Shown here: positions 60,675 through 64,000 of the stretch, piece by piece
Layout of the letters: each line of letters begins with the position of its first letter
Position numbering within the stretch: the first letter of the stretch is position 1
Assembly (NCBI GenBank): GCA_965200155.1
Contig: CBDATR010000010.1
Span: 224,001 to 288,000, forward strand
Origin: Nitrosopumilaceae archaeon
GTDB lineage: Archaea; Thermoproteota; Nitrososphaeria; Nitrososphaerales; Nitrosopumilaceae
Length of the DNA stretch: 64,000 nucleotides
Direction of reading: 5' to 3'
The notes under the pieces: generated by a model
The model's input: only the letters and a program-made list of their open reading frames with translations
The model's database searches: none
What the model was told of the DNA's origin: nothing
Program-made: the position numbers and the translations under genes

Positions 60675-61985
60675 TTACCGGCGGCGAGCCACGATTATAG
60701 CTATCAGTACGGCAAGAACAATGACCGCCACAATAATTAGTAGCATGGTATCAAGACCGGTGCCGGAGTCTCCTGCATCCAGCCCGGACAGTCCCGGTAT
60801 GGGCGAGGTCGACCTGTCTTGTACAACAGGCTCATCCACCATAATGGTAGTCTGGTGCGTCAGAAAGTGCTCCTCCCGTACATCATCTTTGTAACGGAGA
60901 GTTATCTCTACGTCATGCTCTCCGTATGTGGGAGAACCATCAAACTCCAGTGGGAGATTGAAGGGTACCGGCGAATCTGTCTCTATCTCGTCTATGAACT
61001 GTGTCTGGGAACGTATATTGGAATCACCTGTAGGGTCCAGGGAGACAAAACCGAATCGAGCATCCTCGTTGCCCTCGTTTATGATCTCGCCTATGACCAT
61101 AAGGTTGTCAGATATAGTGATAGTCTCTACTCCGTATATCACCGCATCTACGAGTCCTCGCACGTAAAAGTCGACGGTCTTGTTCTGTGTAACCTTGTTC
61201 CCGTGCGCGTCAAAATGCGTAATCTCCAGCGGCAACCGCAAAATGTCCCCCCGCATAGTCTCCGGTATGTATATTGTGACATCCAGGAGTGCCACTGAGT
61301 GGGGCTCTATATTTCCCAAGTCCCAGCTGGACTCGTATATCACCACATTACTCGTGCTGGTTTGTGTGTTGTCCATGGCACGCACATCAAGTCCCAATGT
61401 CCTTACATCCACACTGGACATGGGGGCGGTGCCGTTGTTCACAAGTTGTATTGTGGCGGTATTGGCCTGAAGTGACACAAGGAAGGGATCCATCGCGGTC
61501 ACATGTAAAGTACTGCTTCCGGGAACCCGGAAGTAGAAATCAAAGTAGGCATTACGCAATCCCGACTCGCGAAGTCTGGAATATTCCACCTTGGCGGCGC
61601 CAGGATACTGCTGTATTGATATGTTGGGCTCCAAATTTAGAAAGAAGGTGAGATAAAATACCTCCCCGGCCTCGGAGTTGGTATTGCTGTCCGATTGGGC
61701 CACGTATCCGATACTGTCCGACGGAGTAAATCCGTATGGTAGTGAGAGCTCACCACGAATTCCGGTTATATCATGAGTTCCCACATTGGCCAGCACTATC
61801 GTAAAGGGCACATTCTTGTCACCGGGCGAGACCTCTGACTGGTTCTCAAATGTGCCAAAGTATGAATCCAGGAATTTTATGTCTCCAAAATCCCTCTCAA
61901 AGGGAGAATCGCCAAAGCCCTGGGCAAAAGCCAGACCAAACAGTGAGGTAGCCAAAACTACACCCAGAAACAAAGCCACAATCAT
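60675..61985 (-). CDS. COG1361 S-layer-like protein
   Basis: Signal peptide, repeated N.G beta-sandwich motifs (LANVG, VNNG, INEGN), C-terminal TM. Confidence 0.75.
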   Translation of the reverse strand: MIVALFLGVVLATSLFGLAFAQGFGDSPFERDFGDIKFLDSYFGTFENQSEVSPGDKNVPFTIVLANVGTHDITGIRGELSLPYGFTPSDSIGYVAQSDSNTNSEAGEVFYLTFFLNLEPNISIQQYPGAAKVEYSRLRESGLRNAYFDFYFRVPGSSTLHVTAMDPFLVSLQANTATIQLVNNGTAPMSSVDVRTLGLDVRAMDNTQTSTSNVVIYESSWDLGNIEPHSVALLDVTIYIPETMRGDILRLPLEITHFDAHGNKVTQNKTVDFYVRGLVDAVIYGVETITISDNLMVIGEIINEGNEDARFGFVSLDPTGDSNIRSQTQFIDEIETDSPVPFNLPLEFDGSPTYGEHDVEITLRYKDDVREEHFLTHQTTIMVDEPVVQDRSTSPIPGLSGLDAGDSGTGLDTMLLIIVAVIVLAVLIAIIVARRR

Positions 61986-62674
61986 ATTGGAACACCCATT
62001 CTATACTGCGGAGTAATGGCACCGTCTCTCATATTTATTATACGATCCACATCGCCAAAATCGTTCGGATCATGGGTCACCACCACAAATGTCTGGTTGA
62101 GTTTATGACACATGGACTTGAGTAGCTGTACAATGTTCTCCGAGTTAGTTGAGTCCAGGTTTCCAGTGGGCTCATCGGCCAACACTAACGCGGGTCGGTT
62201 GGCCAATCCTCGGGCAATGGCGGCACGCTGCGCCTGGCCACCAGAGATGCGATCCGCCCTTTTGTACATATGATCTTCCAGTCCCACTGTACGAAGGAGT
62301 TCCTTGGCGTACTCTTTGGCGTTACTCCCGCCAGCAACCTGTACCGGCAACATCACGTTCTCTAGTACGGTTAGATCCACCAGCAGGTTGGAGAACTGGA
62401 ATACAAAACCAAGTTTCTTACTGCGGAAAGTGGATGTCTTGGACTCGTTAAGTGAGGTGGTGTCGATGCCGTCTATTCTTATGGTACCGTCATCAGGCTT
62501 GTCCAGTAAGCCAATCTGGTTAAGCAGGGTAGTCTTGCCGGAACCGGAACTCCCAGATATCAGTACAAACTGGCCTCTTTTTATGGTGAAGGACACCTCA
62601 TTCAATGCCAAGAAGCGGTTCTCGCCCTGTCCATACTCCTTGGTCAGGCCGGTGACTTCCAGTATATCATCCAT
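61982..62674 (-). CDS. ABC transporter ATP-binding protein (LolD/MacB type)
   Basis: [30 protein letters not shown]. Confidence 0.95.
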   Translation of the reverse strand: MDDILEVTGLTKEYGQGENRFLALNEVSFTIKRGQFVLISGSSGSGKTTLLNQIGLLDKPDDGTIRIDGIDTTSLNESKTSTFRSKKLGFVFQFSNLLVDLTVLENVMLPVQVAGGSNAKEYAKELLRTVGLEDHMYKRADRISGGQAQRAAIARGLANRPALVLADEPTGNLDSTNSENIVQLLKSMCHKLNQTFVVVTHDPNDFGDVDRIINMRDGAITPQYRMGVPI

Positions 62675-63875
62675 ATCTCATTGCCTCCACCGGCAATAGC
62701 CTGGTAGCCCTGTAGGACGGATACAGTGACGCAATCATGGCAAGAGCAAAAGACGTAGCTGCGGTCTGTCCTATTTTGAACCAGTCATAAGATACCTCCA
62801 GGGGCAGGCTGTTGTTGAAGGAGAGCTTGGTCTCCTTGGCATAGAATGTGTACGCAAGACCCGCGGACGTTCCCACGCCAGCTCCAATGGCACCAATCAG
62901 CATACCCTGTATGAGAAATATTATCAGAACATCCCTTCGTCGTGCCCCAATCGACCTCATAATGCCTATCTCCTTGGTCTTGCCATTGACCAGCATCATC
63001 TGAATTGTCACTATGGCAAAGGCCGAAGACATCATGCCAAAGTATCCAATTAGGTTTATCATTGCTATGCCAGAACGGAAGCCAGCCAATTGTTGCTCGG
63101 CAGACTCCTCCAGAGTCTCTGCCACAAAGTCCTGGTATGGGAAGGACACCAAAAAGAGATCCCGAACCTCCTCTGCCCTGTCCGGATCCACGCGAACCAT
63201 TATAGAACCGGTAACACCATCTCGGCCAAGCATATCCCGCAATGTATCTATATGTAAGACTGCCCGAAAGTCCAGACCCTGCCCTCCAGGAGAGTTGGAT
63301 ATGCCAGATACCACCAACCGTCTCACCTGATCTTGCCCCCAGCGATCGGTGACACCCAGTTGTACGGCGTCACCAACCTGCACATCACCCAAATCCCTGG
63401 CCACTGTTGCTCCCAGAACTATGGAGTTGCGTGCATAGACATAGGTACCGTCATTTACGGTAGTGTGCGCAGTGGATGCGCGCACATCCTGAATAGGATC
63501 CACACCCAGAAGAGAAACCCTGCTGTTCTGTATTAGCTGGCCATTCTTTGTCATATTTATCTCACCGCTACCGGATAATCGGGGGGCCGCGGCATCCACA
63601 TAAGGTATACGCTCAAACCAGTTTATTAGGGTCCTATCTGACATCTCGATAAGGCCACGCTCATGAGTGACTAGTAACTCCCCGTTATGGTATTCGGTGA
63701 TATCCCGAACTATGGCGTCGTACAATCCCTGAAATACTACAAAATTCACGTGTAGTACCAGGATGCCCACGGTGACTGCCATGATGGCGCCTATCAGACT
63801 TCCCTTCTTGTTAAATAGCATTTTCCTAGAAAGGTTTAGTCTGTAATCCATCCTGTCTTTAGAAGCACTTTTCAC
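62667..63875 (-). CDS. ABC transporter permease (FtsX/MacB type)
   Basis: [30 protein letters not shown]. Confidence 0.92.
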   Translation of the reverse strand: MKSASKDRMDYRLNLSRKMLFNKKGSLIGAIMAVTVGILVLHVNFVVFQGLYDAIVRDITEYHNGELLVTHERGLIEMSDRTLINWFERIPYVDAAAPRLSGSGEINMTKNGQLIQNSRVSLLGVDPIQDVRASTAHTTVNDGTYVYARNSIVLGATVARDLGDVQVGDAVQLGVTDRWGQDQVRRLVVSGISNSPGGQGLDFRAVLHIDTLRDMLGRDGVTGSIMVRVDPDRAEEVRDLFLVSFPYQDFVAETLEESAEQQLAGFRSGIAMINLIGYFGMMSSAFAIVTIQMMLVNGKTKEIGIMRSIGARRRDVLIIFLIQGMLIGAIGAGVGTSAGLAYTFYAKETKLSFNNSLPLEVSYDWFKIGQTAATSFALAMIASLYPSYRATRLLPVEAMRYG

Positions 63876-64000
63876 TATTTAGTTATACGGTTATCCTAGT
63901 GCTAACTGTCCAAGTGGCAGTCACACTTCCCCCCACCATGGTACCGGTATGCTCCCGGCGGACATGTATGCACTGCACACGTCAGAATGGCGCGCCGAGG

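Noticed and set aside
61065-61078. ACGAG-GGCA-ACGAG (minus strand) as a micro-insertion
   Set aside because: Encodes NEGNE within an intact gene and has no hairpin; most likely chance.

Overview
Archaeal DNA from an ammonia-oxidising Nitrososphaerota (Thaumarchaeota; Nitrosopumilaceae/Cenarchaeum-like, possibly a host-associated lineage - inference). It carries core genes (TFB, PCNA, thermosome, NAC, Sm, rpl37e, A-type ATPase subunits, CdvB-like ESCRT-III, bluB, cobJ, folE, pyrH, RNase Z, PstS) and 3 tRNAs, one with a D-loop intron. The intergenic space is full of mobile DNA: an intact single-ORF IS66-family element with 15 copies of its 92/101-bp MITE, a second MITE family, an intact IS5-family (DDE_Tnp_4) element, and decayed IS903-like, IS481-like and tnpB elements. 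Three things are not explained by standard annotation. (1) At three unrelated loci (5607, 44681, 47511) 36 bp of host DNA is duplicated around a 37-bp unique insert, with a period of exactly 73 bp. This is the geometry expected from ectopic CRISPR-type (Cas1-Cas2) spacer integration, and one site has an empty counterpart in the window. (2) Two tnpB elements are bounded by ~24-bp terminal inverted repeats ending in TA, a Fanzor/IS630-like layout rather than IS200/IS605. (3) There is a family of 21-35-bp GG-hairpin-CCAAC micro-insertions with short flanking duplications. All calls were made by eye from the sequence; no database searches were run.
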